Below, piece by piece: positions 10,733-22,600 of a stretch of 64,000 nt of DNA. The stretch is from Naegleria gruberi (taxonomy: Eukaryota). The position numbers and the translations under genes are program-made. Within the stretch, counting starts at the first letter, position 1. Each line of letters starts with the position of its first letter. Below the pieces are notes generated by a model. It did not search any database, was not told the origin of the DNA, and worked only from the letters and a program-made list of their open reading frames with translations. The stretch is taken from the NCBI GenBank assembly GCA_000004985.1, contig GG738905.1. The stretch is one strand, 5' to 3'.

Positions 10733-11715
10733 ATGTCTCGATCATCATTGGTTGCCTCAAACACGAAGGCTTCTTCATGTCGGAATGTTTGTACTCACTG
10801 TGGATTTATGCAGGATCATACAAGTATTTATACGGAAGGAAAAAAAGATATTAGATTAAATAGATGCGAGAATTGTAATGAATTGATTGATAAATATGTG
10901 GAGTATGAATTTACTACCATCATGTTCGATTTACTCTTGTTGAAAACTAAAGCTTTTATTCATGTTTTATTTAATTATATTAATAGATCGAGTTTAATTA
11001 ATGTAAATATTAGAAAATTTAATTTAATTATTTAAAATGTTTAGAATAATTTAATGAGATTGATATTATCTTCAATATTATTGAGAACTTGTATGTTTTA
11101 TTAATTTGGAATAGAAATTTAAATAATATCCATATAGATTTAAAGTTTTTATTGTTAGGAGAAAATGATTTGGAAAATTTATGTGGTAATTTCAAATTTG
11201 TGTTTGGAGAGCAAAACAAATTGGTTTTTCTTGAAAATTCCTCAATTTTTTACTTTATTTTCATATTAATGACTCTTGAAATTTGTCTTTCAATTGGGTC
11301 AAATGTAATACTCACATGGTTATTCCAGAAAGAAAGAATTGGAAACAGATTAAAGTTAATAGTATTGGGTACCATGTTGAGTGAATTTTCAGAGTTACTA
11401 AGAGCTCCACTTATTATTTGGAGAGATGAAATCAATCCAATGTCTCCATACATTACATTTTCCATAACTATTTACAATTTCATAACCATGATGACAATAT
11501 GTAGAGTAGTAATATTTGAGGTTAAGGAAAATATGAGCCAATATTCAAATTCTTTCTCTAAATGGTCAATCTCATTCATAATAACTTTATTTACCTTTAC
11601 TATCAAATGGTTATTCTGTTCATATTTTACAACCTTCCTTTTACACCAAATTAATTGCTCTCAGAGAGAAATCAATATTTTGGATGTTTTCAAACATATT
11701 TCATTTTGGAAGTAA
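10733..11715 (+). CDS. ARV1: ARV1-family protein (ARV1 homology domain zinc ribbon plus C-terminal TM domain), 2 exons
   Basis: N-terminal AHD signature CRNVCTHCGF...IRLNRCENCNELIDKYVEYEFTTIMFDLLLLKTKAFIHVLFN. A frame change to the downstream TM-rich ORF (11059..11715) requires a small intron near 11002..11058 (GTAAAT..AG); the exact acceptor is uncertain. Confidence 0.65.
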
Positions 11716-11720
11716 ATTAT

Positions 11721-12611
11721 TTATTTGAAATATTTACATTCTGGGTTTTGGCGTTTACCATGTCCAAAACCTGGTAAATTCTTAGCATCTGGTTGTTGAG
11801 AAGCATAAACAGCAGCAGGAATGAGCTTTTTAGTAGTAGGTGCTTCCATATCAAATGATGTAAGATCAGTATATTGATTAAGTGGTGAGAAGAAAGAATT
11901 CGCTCTCAAATAATTGGCCCAAGAAAATTCTTGGAATTCTTGGTCAATCTTACCATAACCTCCTTGTCTTCTATCGAAATAAGCAAGAGAACGGAATGGA
12001 TCATTCTTTAAATACATAACTGAGGATGGAAGAGAATCTGGGAAATTATGTAATGGCTTGCCAAATTCATCATATGTATATGTCAAATTGTTCTTAATGA
12101 GAGTATTCCAGAAATTTGTCTTTGATAAGGTTGAATAATCTCTTTGAATAGTAGCGTAGACATATCTTTCAGTAATGTCACTATACTTTGGTGGAAGATA
12201 AGAACCCCTCATCATGAAAATAGCATAAATTAAATGGTGATGATCAGTAATATACAGACTAGAATTAGAATGGGTATGTTGATGATTAGAGTATGGACCG
12301 ATAACAACCGGAACTGGCTTCTTTTCTAATTGTTTGAAGAAGTCACCATTTTCAGCTAGTTCTTCCAATTTATCTCTTTTACATGCAGCAGCTACATAAC
12401 CAATTGGTAATTGTGTTGGAAAAGCATCAACAATTTTCATCAAACAAGTATCACCTTGCTTTGCAACACCCTTGTTAATCAAATCAAAACAGAAAACAGG
12501 TTCCGATGATTCTTTAGGTCCCTTAATCTTGAACCTTTCTTGGGGTGTTGCTGTTTGCACATAAATAACACCTAATACCAAAAGGATAGTTAATAGCGAG
12601 AACCCTCTCAT
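11721..12611 (-). CDS. secreted hypothetical protein (about 297 aa from the MRGFSLL start)
   Basis: Signal peptide MRGFSLLTILLVLGVIYVQTA with a poly-A context before the ATG. His-rich patch (NHQHTHSN, DHHHL). No family recognised. The track ORF extends upstream with a non-signal sequence, so the internal ATG is preferred. Confidence 0.45.
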   Translation of the reverse strand: MRGFSLLTILLVLGVIYVQTATPQERFKIKGPKESSEPVFCFDLINKGVAKQGDTCLMKIVDAFPTQLPIGYVAAACKRDKLEELAENGDFFKQLEKKPVPVVIGPYSNHQHTHSNSSLYITDHHHLIYAIFMMRGSYLPPKYSDITERYVYATIQRDYSTLSKTNFWNTLIKNNLTYTYDEFGKPLHNFPDSLPSSVMYLKNDPFRSLAYFDRRQGGYGKIDQEFQEFSWANYLRANSFFSPLNQYTDLTSFDMEAPTTKKLIPAAVYASQQPDAKNLPGFGHGKRQNPECKYFK

Positions 12612-12949
12612 CTTTTTTTTATTAAGATTTTTCGGAGTGTTGATATTGAGGCAGTGTAAGCTTTTAACAACAAAGATAAATAATGCGTACACATTTCTTT
12701 CTGTTAGTGAACCTTTCAATCTCATAGCATTTCAGTTTTTTGAAATTAGCTTTTCGAAATGTTCCCTCTGTAAATAGTTTTAGGAAACTAAATGAATATG
12801 AATCAATAATTAAGGGAATCAATGAGATGTAATAGTTGTAAACGGATTCTTATTTGATTGGATTAGTGGCGGCGGAATAGTTTTTTTTAGAATGAGGAAC
12901 GCTATTTATGTGGTGGAATTTTGACGTCAATATCAAACCAATCAAAAAA

Positions 12950-13628
12950 ATGAGTAGTAAAGTAGATGAAATTTGCAAAGTAGTACAGAAATACTCGGCT
13001 ATTGCATTTTCAGGCTTCTTAACTCTGCACTTGTCAAACACTATTGTGGGAAGAGTTTCACAGTCATTGTATGACACTTATCAATCATATTTGAGACAAG
13101 TGTATCGACCAAATTGGTTACTTGGAAGATCTGCTGAATATGTCTGCATTCTTACTCCACTAGCTGTTCATATAATTTGTGGTATTATTAGAATGAGTAG
13201 AAGATCATTTAATGAATCAAAATATGCCACTTGGATGGAATATTTGAAAAGTAAATTATCCAATCCATTACAACTCCACAGATATGCTGGATGGATTTTA
13301 ACCAGTATCGTTCCTATCCACGTTATTGCAACAAGATTCTTTTATCCAATTGATTCTGATTTCAGTCAAGTAACCCATTCTATGGAGAAGAAACCTGGTG
13401 CCTTAGTTATGCTTGCTACCTTATTATACTGCCATGTTATTGGCTGGTGTTTTCCATTATTCCTATGGATTGAATGCCACAATTTTCAAGTACAAGTTTA
13501 CAAAGAGATCTGTTTACATTGCATGTGGTGTTATATTTGCCTTGTCCTTTGCTGGATTCTTGGGCATGTCTGGTTATTTATATTCAAACATTGATAGATC
13601 CAACTATGAAATATGGAAACAATTTTAA
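12950..13628 (+). CDS. 5-TM membrane protein of unknown function, 2 exons
   Basis: Start taken at MSSKVDE. Sensible sequence jumps from frame 2 to frame 0 around 13370..13406; a 37-nt GTAACC..CTTAG intron gives ...DSDFSQ|LCLLPYYTAMLLAGVFHYSYGL.... Five hydrophobic helices with conserved His residues. Confidence 0.4.
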
Positions 13629-13633
13629 ATAAA

Positions 13634-14392
13634 CTATAATTTAGATCTTCTTTCACTTGGATGTGATTCGGTGTATGGTTGTTTTTTCTCTTCCTCCCCA
13701 TCAGGAAGTATCTCAATAGTGACCCCTTCCTCTGCTTCTTTCTTTTCATCAGTGCCATCATTTTCTTGCGTGTTTTGTGGCTGGTTTGGTGCACCAAGTG
13801 GATTCTTTAAACCTAACATTCCAGCTAGGGCCTTTAATTTATCTTCGTTTTTGTGATATAATTCAAATAAATTATTACTATTCAATATTGGAGTTCCATA
13901 AACCTTTAAAGAATTAAGTTTGCATTTTCCATTTTGTTCCTCATCCAAAAGTTTGAATTGGAATTTCAAATATTTTAATTGAACAGGTTTAGAGAAAGAT
14001 ATCACAAACGGCCTTGTTCTTTTCAAATCCGTACTTCTGAGTCGTGTTAATTTTTTAAAATTAATCTTCTTTTCATCAATCGAGAATGAAATATTAATTT
14101 CTTTAGGAACAGAATTTTTATCCAAATCCAAAATAATTTTTCTAACATTGCAAGCCAAATATAATTCCAAAAGTAGTGTTTTTTGGTTGACAACATCGTC
14201 ATTATTCCATGATAAGCTTGTTGGAGGTGCATTTAAAACATGGGAGACATCCCGAACATTTTTGTTAGAAACTTCCAACAAGGAACTTCCTATCGAAGGA
14301 GAACTAATATTAACAATATTTTGCTGAGCATAATCCCAAATTTTTGGCACGAGAAGTGTGTAGAGAGCACCTGATGAAAGCATTTTTTTCAA
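13634..14392 (-). CDS. PITH-domain-like protein (252 aa)
   Basis: C-terminal half resembles a PITH/galactose-binding-like fold (PVQLKYLKFQFKLLDEEQNGKCKLNSLKVYGTP), followed by an acidic tail. The assignment is tentative. Confidence 0.35.
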   Translation of the reverse strand: MKKMLSSGALYTLLVPKIWDYAQQNIVNISSPSIGSSLLEVSNKNVRDVSHVLNAPPTSLSWNNDDVVNQKTLLLELYLACNVRKIILDLDKNSVPKEINISFSIDEKKINFKKLTRLRSTDLKRTRPFVISFSKPVQLKYLKFQFKLLDEEQNGKCKLNSLKVYGTPILNSNNLFELYHKNEDKLKALAGMLGLKNPLGAPNQPQNTQENDGTDEKKEAEEGVTIEILPDGEEEKKQPYTESHPSERRSKL

Positions 14393-14759
14393 TTTTAAAA
14401 TAAATTATTAAATAATTATTATAATATTACAATATCAATTCAATGACGATCTTATTGTCCAATTATGTACAAGGTACAAAACTGTTCTCGATAGATTAAG
14501 AATAGCAATTCTAAAAAATTGAACAAAACATCAAACTGTTACCCCATCACGAATGCCACAACAGCGTCATCATCATACGAGTAGTAACCTCGTGAGCCAT
14601 CATCACTTTTTTTTCTTTGCCGCCTTGCTTGTGATTGCATTAATCATTCTCTATCTGATTGGAAAGGCCTTTGGATCAAAGTGATTTCAAATTGGCGCCA
14701 ATAATGTAGATTCTTCCCGCCAAATGCAAAATAAAATTAAAAAAGTTTAAGAAAAAAAG

Positions 14760-16232
14760 ATGAACAGTTCTACCACCTCAAATTCAACTTATTCTCAAAG
14801 CTATAAGACTGGCAGTGACTCATCATCTTCCGGGTTCATTTCATTACCTGGTATTCCATCGGGAAGAAGAAAAGTATTTAGAAATGAACCTGTTGTATCG
14901 AATACTAAATATTCCTTCTCCTCTTGTACTAAGAGAAGAATTTTAAAACACGTTGCTGATAATGAGGATAATATTAATAACTATCTCGTGAGGGAGAATA
15001 AAACTCAAGAAGACGATCCGAAGAAGAGATTCATTTTCAATGCAGAATTTCATGTTTGTCTCCATACCAATAAGAATATCAAGGTAGTCAAGGATTTGGG
15101 AAAACAACCTTCCGATGTTGTTGATGTTGAAGGTAGTAAGCATTCTTTCTCCAATGCAAATGATGCTGCATGTTTTTATCAGGACAGCACAACAGAAAGA
15201 AGGAGAAGAAAGGAAGAAAAGCTAAGAGTTTTCAATGATACTGTAAAACAAAGAATCAAAGAGAAGAGTAAGTCAACCTTAATAGAAAAAGAAGCAGCTG
15301 CTGCTAGGATAAAATATGAAAAGGAGAGAAAGAAGGAGCTCTATAGAAAAATGTGTAATTATGGCAAACAAGCTAATAATTTGAATATGAAAATTGCGTC
15401 CGGAGGAACTACCCCAAGATTGAATTCAACAAATGGAAATATATCACCAAACTCTTCTAAAATTTCTTCTGGATCAGTAAGCAATACTCCCAGAACACCA
15501 AGAACACCAAGAGCAGATGCAAGAGGCCAAGCGTTTTCATTGGTAGATTTAGATTTGCAAGATCAAAGTCATGAAGAGTGTGAAGGTCATGACGAACAAT
15601 TTGTAAATTTCAAATCTCCAACCCAGTCCAACAGTTCTGAATCAACTAGTGTAACCACAGAAGACTCTTACACAAATGAATCAGACAATGGTAACCCTAA
15701 AAAGACAGTGAATGCCTTTAACCTTTTCGCCAGACAAAACTTGGCAAATGTTGTTCCATCAACTTCCTCAGAGGTTTACGCTCATTTCGAAAAGGGAATA
15801 AGCAAAGAGGATAACAATATTATTGTACAAGCTCCATGTTTTACAGTATACTTAGACGATCCAATTCATACTTTTACTCTCAACAAACCTAATTACATCC
15901 CTCTCAATACTAGTAAGGCTTCAGATAGCGAAATTATGTCATTCAAATCATCAGATACTTATCAATCTGCTGTTCATTCAAATGCTAGGTCAGGATCAAA
16001 TAAGGAACAAAAGAAGAAGGAATACAGAGAAGAAAAGAGGTATCTCAAACAACTCAATAAGCAGTTCTTAGAAACGGTAAAGAACATGAGTATTGAACTG
16101 CCTAGTCTGTGTCACTGTGACATTGAAACCATGGATGTCAATGCACAACATTCCAATAACTGTTATTACTTCCAAAATAAGAATGATTATGCAAGAGATT
16201 TATCTTCTCTATTTCATTCGTATAACCTTTAG
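14760..16232 (+). CDS. Ser/Thr- and Lys/Glu-rich hypothetical protein (490 aa)
   Basis: Uninterrupted ORF with a poly-A context before the ATG (aaaaaaagATGaac). Low-complexity S-rich N-terminus, a TPRTPRTPR repeat and a KE-rich coiled-coil segment. Confidence 0.4.
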   Translation: MNSSTTSNSTYSQSYKTGSDSSSSGFISLPGIPSGRRKVFRNEPVVSNTKYSFSSCTKRRILKHVADNEDNINNYLVRENKTQEDDPKKRFIFNAEFHVCLHTNKNIKVVKDLGKQPSDVVDVEGSKHSFSNANDAACFYQDSTTERRRRKEEKLRVFNDTVKQRIKEKSKSTLIEKEAAAARIKYEKERKKELYRKMCNYGKQANNLNMKIASGGTTPRLNSTNGNISPNSSKISSGSVSNTPRTPRTPRADARGQAFSLVDLDLQDQSHEECEGHDEQFVNFKSPTQSNSSESTSVTTEDSYTNESDNGNPKKTVNAFNLFARQNLANVVPSTSSEVYAHFEKGISKEDNNIIVQAPCFTVYLDDPIHTFTLNKPNYIPLNTSKASDSEIMSFKSSDTYQSAVHSNARSGSNKEQKKKEYREEKRYLKQLNKQFLETVKNMSIELPSLCHCDIETMDVNAQHSNNCYYFQNKNDYARDLSSLFHSYNL

Positions 16233-16302
16233 CTCCGAGTTGTCAAAGTTTGTAAATATCCCTAAGTTATTGAATAAATTAATTTTTATTCTCAACTCGT
16301 AT

Positions 16303-17913
16303 TTAGGCTGAGAAAATAACAAATATTGGTAAAATAATATCATTAATAATGAACGGCAGAATATCTTGTGTAGTAATGTAATAAGTTGAAAAACACAACA
16401 TTGCAATAGTTGTACAAGCATTTGTCAACATTCCCAAAGTTCGAAGAGAATGGTGAATAGTATATCCAATCCAAAAGAAAATCCTACAAAGTAGAAAGGT
16501 TATAGAAGCAAATACAATAATTCTAAGATTTTCTCTCGAAACATAATAACCAAGTATGAGACAGCCCATTGAATGCATTATAAACTGCTCAATTGAATTT
16601 TGTAACACTCTTTGATGAATAGTTATCCTTAATTGATGTTCCTTATTAATTAAATTAGTTAGTAGTGGATTACTCGCTTCTTCAAAAAGTCTATTCCTAA
16701 CAATGGCCACAAATACAAGTGGAAATATCCAAGAGCTAACAAATATACATTTCATTGTAAAGTAAAATCTTTCAGTCAAATTATCTCGTCCTTCCAATAT
16801 ATTTTTCAATACATCTGTATTAAAGTAAATATTATACCAAATAATTGCAAAAATTCCAAACATTGAAAATCCACTAATAAACATAGTTAACATATCTCTT
16901 TGTATAGTTCTGTTTGCTTTTTCTTGTTTCCTTATTGCTTCAATACTTTGAGGGCTACTACCATTAGGTGCAATTACTCTTGATTGAATTCTGAAAAATT
17001 TAGCAATCATTAAAGAAAACAACCTAAAGTATCTATTTTGAGACATACTTGTCAGTAACATATCATCATCTGTATCCGTATCAGTTGCAAAACTTGATTG
17101 TTGTTGAATTTGCTGTTTGTACTTTTGCATTATTCTCTGTTTTAACAAGGTTGGAGTTGAAGGATAAGTTTCAGTTCTGTTTCTTCTCGTAATAAATGTA
17201 TCCAAATTTCCCTCACTCTTTGTGTGAATAATTTTAGATTGGAGTGGAATTGGTTTTGTTGAAATTGGTTCTTCCTCCTCTTCTTCTTCTTCTTCCTCAT
17301 CGTCCTTCCTTGTAGAGAGGAGTTTCTCTGAATTACTTAAAATTGTAGAGAAATCCATCATATTTACAAGACTGCTATTTGGTGTTTGTGGACTCTTCTT
17401 TTCCTCATTGTTATTAACATTATCTGATTCCATTTCTTCCAAAGTATTATCATCATAAAGTAGAGCATTTGCTTCCTCTTCTACCAATTGTTCAAATGAT
17501 AGAAAACTTCCATGACTTGGTTTAATTAAAATTCCTTCCGATGACGATTCCGGAGTTTGATCATTCCCCACACCTCCACTAACAAGAGATTGTTTGTTAT
17601 ATTGTTGTTGGGTGGTAATGTCCATGTCTGTGTTAATTTCCTTCTTCTCTCCAATTTCCTCTCCATCATTAATGGAGTAAATTGGTTGTGTATGATGGTT
17701 GTTTGTTGATGATGAAGTTATTGGTTCTACTATATGAGGTTCTTGTTCTTCTTGCATTATTACTTGATTATTTACAGCATGATGATCATCTTCCGAAACG
17801 TGTGGTGCTTTAACCATTTGATCATCATCCTCTTGTTGTGTTGTTGATGATGAAGGTTTGGAGGTGGGTGATGACGATGATGAATTTTCTGTTAGTTGTT
17901 GGTGTTGACTCAT
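16303..17913 (-). CDS. membrane protein with a long acidic disordered N-terminal region (11-residue poly-Glu run) and a C-terminal MAPEG-like four-helix region
   Basis: Start taken at MSQHQQ. The C-terminal TM segment has a MAPEG-like motif (HQRVLQNSIEQF, compare RAHLNDLENI of microsomal GST). The EEEEEEEEEEE tract is encoded by a GAA/GAG run near 17280. Confidence 0.4.
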   Translation of the reverse strand: MSQHQQLTENSSSSSPTSKPSSSTTQQEDDDQMVKAPHVSEDDHHAVNNQVIMQEEQEPHIVEPITSSSTNNHHTQPIYSINDGEEIGEKKEINTDMDITTQQQYNKQSLVSGGVGNDQTPESSSEGILIKPSHGSFLSFEQLVEEEANALLYDDNTLEEMESDNVNNNEEKKSPQTPNSSLVNMMDFSTILSNSEKLLSTRKDDEEEEEEEEEEPISTKPIPLQSKIIHTKSEGNLDTFITRRNRTETYPSTPTLLKQRIMQKYKQQIQQQSSFATDTDTDDDMLLTSMSQNRYFRLFSLMIAKFFRIQSRVIAPNGSSPQSIEAIRKQEKANRTIQRDMLTMFISGFSMFGIFAIIWYNIYFNTDVLKNILEGRDNLTERFYFTMKCIFVSSWIFPLVFVAIVRNRLFEEASNPLLTNLINKEHQLRITIHQRVLQNSIEQFIMHSMGCLILGYYVSRENLRIIVFASITFLLCRIFFWIGYTIHHSLRTLGMLTNACTTIAMLCFSTYYITTQDILPFIINDIILPIFVIFSA

Positions 17914-18030
17914 TTTTAAAATGGTGATGAAGATAAAAATTGTGAATGGAAAATTTAAGGAGAATATCACAATTTAAAACTGGATTATATAATACAATAG
18001 AGAATGTTAACCTAGTCCAATAGTTTTCAA

Positions 18031-19074
18031 TTAATGACCATACATGAATCTGAATTGTTCCAAAAAGACGAAAGTGAGAAGAGTGTGAGGACCCAATCTC
18101 AAAAAGTATGGAGTGAAACCTCTCCACAAACTCAATATACCTTCATTCTTAATAGCCTTAGTAATGACATCAAGTGGTCCCTTATATTCAGGAACCATTT
18201 GACCAGTAACTGGATCCAAAACAGTTTTCATACTTTGAAGTCTTGTCTTGGCCAAATCTACAGGAATTGAAACAGCAGTTGATGCAAATCCACTGATTAA
18301 TGAACTGACACAGTGACATCCAATACCATCTTGCATAATATTGTATTTGATAAGAACTTCCTTAGCTTGAGAATAGAAAGATAATTGAGCAGCATTGAGA
18401 ATAACAGCTCTAGTAACAGTTGGTGATGTTCCTCTCCATAAACTCTTAATTCCTTCATCTTTAGCTATTCTAACTAATGCTTGACCTACATGGCTATAAT
18501 TGAATTTACCAGATGTCATTCTAATCAAACAAACTTCAGCAGGATTTCCTACAACCTAAATAATGATAAGTATTAAATTCCTATTTCCTTACTTACAGCA
18601 CCAATACCACCAGCAACCATTCCTGAAACAATTTTCATTGCAAAGTTTGGTTGAACTTTCTTTCCATTACTATCTGTGGTTGTGAGATAATCTTGCAGAG
18701 CATTAAAAACACCCAATCTAGTTGTTGTGTAAGTGAGTTGTCTCAATATACCAGCATCTAATCCTTTATAAATTCTAAGAATACCTTCTTGTTTAATAAG
18801 ATTAGAAACAATAGTCACTGGGGATCCTCCTTGCAATTGCATTCTTGTCTATTATTATGATGGGCAATAATTCAAACATGATGATATTATTCATCCTATT
18901 CGGAAATGAAAAATTTACCTTTATAAGATCAACTGGTTGAACAACACAAGTTGCCATCATTCCACTTAAACCTCCAAAGTAAAATCCTAAATATTAAACA
19001 TTAGAATCATTTGATTATATTGTCATCATACCTTGAGCACTTGTTAATGTTTTTGCCTTCTCTGTCGTTGCCAT
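18031..19074 (-). CDS. mitochondrial 2-oxoglutarate/malate carrier (SLC25A11-like), 4 exons
   Basis: Exons on the minus strand are about 19030..19074, about 18919..18985, 18596..about 18851 and 18031..18553. The introns are 40-75 nt: GTATGA..TTTAG, GTAAAT..TAATAG and GTAAGT..TATTTAG (the last is 42 nt, 18554..18595). The spliced protein reads ...VQPVDLIKTRMQLQGG... and ...GGIGA|VVGNPAEVCLIRMTSG..., matching the carrier signature. The C-terminal repeat is VDLAKTRLQ...GFTPYFLRLGPHTLLTFVFLEQ. Confidence 0.8.
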
Positions 19075-19251
19075 TTTTTTTGGTATTTTTACTTTTAGTT
19101 TTTAAGCCGATAAGTTGGTTTAAATTTTCCCTTCGCCTTGTTTGATATTTTCCGATTGAGTAAAAGTGCCATAACTGAATGTTTTTTCCTAACCGTGACA
19201 AGTGGCATCTTGTTTACAAAATTAAGATTCTCAAATAATTTATTCCTAGGT

Positions 19252-22125
19252 TTAGTTGGTTTCTTCGTCATCTTCAATAATGTGTGGGTTGACAAAACCA
19301 GTTCTTCCTTCAATGTTAACATCTGCTTGTTCTTCTTCTTCATCTTCTTCTTCTCCCTTAATTTTAGCAACTGGATCTTGTTGAGGACCAGCAATTAAAA
19401 GTAAAGAAGGCAAGAATAATAAACCATGAAGAGCTCCAGAAACTACAATAGACAAATACATTCTAAAGTAATAAATTCTGAAAAGTTCAGAGTGGGAGAA
19501 GGCAAGGACAATTACACCAATAAATTTGGTGAAGGTAATACCAGAAAGGACAGATGAGCCCATTTCAATCATGGCCTTCTTTACTCTGTCTTTATGGGTT
19601 CCTCTAGCTTTCATAAATGCTCTAGTAATATGTACACAAAATTCAACACTTATACCAATTGACATTACCAAGTTGACAACAGATAAAGCATTTACATAAA
19701 TACCCCAAACTGCCATAATTCCCAACAAATTAGTCAAAATCATGGAAATACAAATCAAAACATAGATTGAGGCAACTGGAGAGCCTAGTAAAATTAAAGT
19801 AGTAAGGAAAACTGCACCACTAGCAATCATAATGTTCATTGCTGAAATTTCTGGTAAATAGAGATATTGGGCGAAATAAATATAATAAATACTATAAGGA
19901 TAGGTTTCAAGTGGACCAAAACCGCTGGTTGGACTATACTTTTGTGGATTGGAAAGATAAGTGGAAGTAAAGTATGATGACTTCATACTATTGATAAAAT
20001 CTTCCTGTGTTACCAATGTCTTGGTTTGTGTCATTAATCTTGCTGCATCAATAGATTTTCCATCAGCAGAGAATTTCACATCTTGCTTAAATTGGAAGCC
20101 ACAAAGTGGGACAACTTGGAAATTAATTTTACAGCATTCTTCTTGTTGAAGGAATTCCTTTAGCCATTCTACATAGTGTTCAGGAGGTACGTGGCTTGCA
20201 GAAACGTTCTTGTGTGAGCATTCATTACTCAAAACCCACTTTTTGAAATCTGTGTAGAAGAAAAGAATACTTCCTCTATCCAAATACTCGGTTTCTGCAA
20301 CAATATTCATCATTCTACTCATTTGATCTTGAACTGCATGTGAAGTATAATCCAAATTCTTTGTAACATAATAAACAGGAGGTCCTAAATCAACATATTC
20401 TCTTTGTTTTAAAAAGTATTCACCAAGATATGATCCAGTTGGTAAGGCAGTAATTTGATCAAGACCTTGGCTCAAAAACATGGAAGCATAAATAGAGGCA
20501 CCACATAGACCAAGGAAAACAATTAGAATGAAAAAGCTCACAGGAAGGAATGTCACAATTGGTGCAATAATCTTTTTCATGATAAATCTGGCTCCTCCTG
20601 CAATACTGATCCAATCTCTAGTGAAGTACTTGTTAGTAATAACGACAGTAGGTTCCAATTCCAATCTATTAGAAAGTCTTCTTCTCAAATCCAAAGATAA
20701 TAAAGCAGAGAAACATGTAACCTGAAGAACAAAGTTTGCAATAATTGCAACACCTGAAAAGATACAAAAGGCTTGTACGGCAGGCATTTTGGTCAAACTA
20801 CCAAGCATGAAAGCCAAAAATTCAGAAATTGAGGCAAGGGTCATTGAAGAACCGACAGTAGCCATTGTTTCAGCAATAGCCTCAGCAACTGTTAACTTGG
20901 AGCCCTTTCTTTTAACAACTTGATCAAGATGGTTAGCCATAATAAACATGTTATCTACACCAATAGCAAGAATAAGGAAAGGCATGACCTCCATAATAAT
21001 TAATGTGGCTGGTACACCTGCCAGACAACAAATACCAGCTGAAATAACAATTGACATTACCACAATAATCACACCAGCAAGACCCATGATAATTCTGGAT
21101 TTGATTGGGTGAATTTGACCTAGTGAAATGGCAACATAAACAAACATTACAGCATAACTTATGAGAACTGTAGAAATATCTCCACTGGTTTCATCAGCCA
21201 ATTCATCTTGTACAGATCTTTCAGCAGACACATAAATGGTGGAATAAGTACGAGGTTTTTGAGCAACTTTCAAAAATTCCTTTTCCCATAATAAAGCTCT
21301 TTCAGCTGTCACATTATCATTATTGAGAAGTATTGTGACAATAAGTGCCTGTGCTGTGGCATATGATGTTGTTGCATTGTAGGATACTTTACCAAACATT
21401 TGCTTATCATAAAGAGGAATACCAATATCTGATAAACAAATTGGGGATAAACTAATTCTTTGACTAAAATCCTTGTTAATAAACAATACTTTGAATAATT
21501 AAAACATACGTGCACAAGTATACGTGATTGACGAGTTGGTTTTTTCCAGTTTCGAAAGTGTTGTAATTCATTTGATAAAATTGAAGTGGTGATTGAATCA
21601 TGCATCCCTTAGATGGAATAGGCTTGTAGCATAAATCATCAAGTGTAATAGGTGCTGTTGAACAATTTCCATCATAAATTTTAATACTGTCAATTTCTCT
21701 TTGAATTTGAAATAATTCTTCCATCATGTCCACATTGATTGCATTCGTAATTGAAGTGTTTTTAGGGAAAATAATCATTTGTTCAATTCTAAAGAATGGT
21801 GAGAATTGGTCATCGAAATAGTTCTTTTGTTTCACAGTATCACTGTCAGGTGGAACCTATCAAAAAAAACACATTAATATCATATGATGATTTTAAATCC
21901 ACTTACCCAAAGACCTTGAGGATCAGTGATTAATTGAATGTTTTTAATTCCCACACCAATTCCGGCAGTAAAAATCACTGCAATCACAATAAATAATATA
22001 GGAACTGTAGCAGTAGCATATCCAATATAATAAAAGATGGTACGGAAAATCTTATCCAAATAATATGATGGTAATGATAAATAATAGGATAAACCCTTCT
22101 GATTGTTGTTATTATTGCTATACAT
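19252..22125 (-). CDS. Patched/NPC1/Dispatched-family RND transporter with sterol-sensing domain, 3 exons, about 935 aa
   Basis: Exons are 21907..22125 (MYSNNNNN...ITDPQGLW), 21510..21856 and 19252..21463. Introns are 21857..21906 (50 nt, GTAAGT..GATAG) and 21464..21509 (46 nt, GTATGT..TTTTAG, with TTAAC upstream). Sterol-sensing-domain motif VMPFLILAIGVDNMFIMANH, 12 predicted TM helices and two large loops. There is no cysteine-rich luminal N-terminal domain before TM1. Confidence 0.75.
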
Positions 22126-22600
22126 TTTGTGTTGATGAAGGCTTGACAATCAAAATAAATATGTTGTGTTGTTTAATAATCTATTAAAATTGTTTTAATA
22201 CTCCAAACACTGAATCAAAGTCGTTGTAGGGAGGAGGTATCACACAATTATAATACTATTAATGATAATGTTGATGCTGATGATGTATTAGTGTGCCTTT
22301 AGCCTTTGCAATAAGTCTTAGAGGAGTTTTTTTTTAGCTTTTTGTCAATACATGATCGGAATACGATAATCCAATGTAACTCCTCAATAATAATAATGGA
22401 GGAGGAATTAAGAGGCTTTATCAAGTTGGTTGATTTTGTAAATTTAGAGTAAGGAAGAGGAAATGGAAGGAAAGATTGAATGCATTCATGATATTGGTTT
22501 GAATGGAGAAGGTTTCCATTTAAGTTAAAGTTGTTGGAAGATATTTTTTTGGATTCAATGATCAGAATGAAATAGTTTAGTTTACAATAATATTTGAAAC

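Noticed and set aside
13413-13594. Cys/Trp-rich tail of ORF 12908..13594 (LATLLYCHVIGWCFPLFLWIECHNF...)
   Set aside because: It is an out-of-frame reading. The overlapping frame gives sensible TM helices and is reached by a 37-nt intron.
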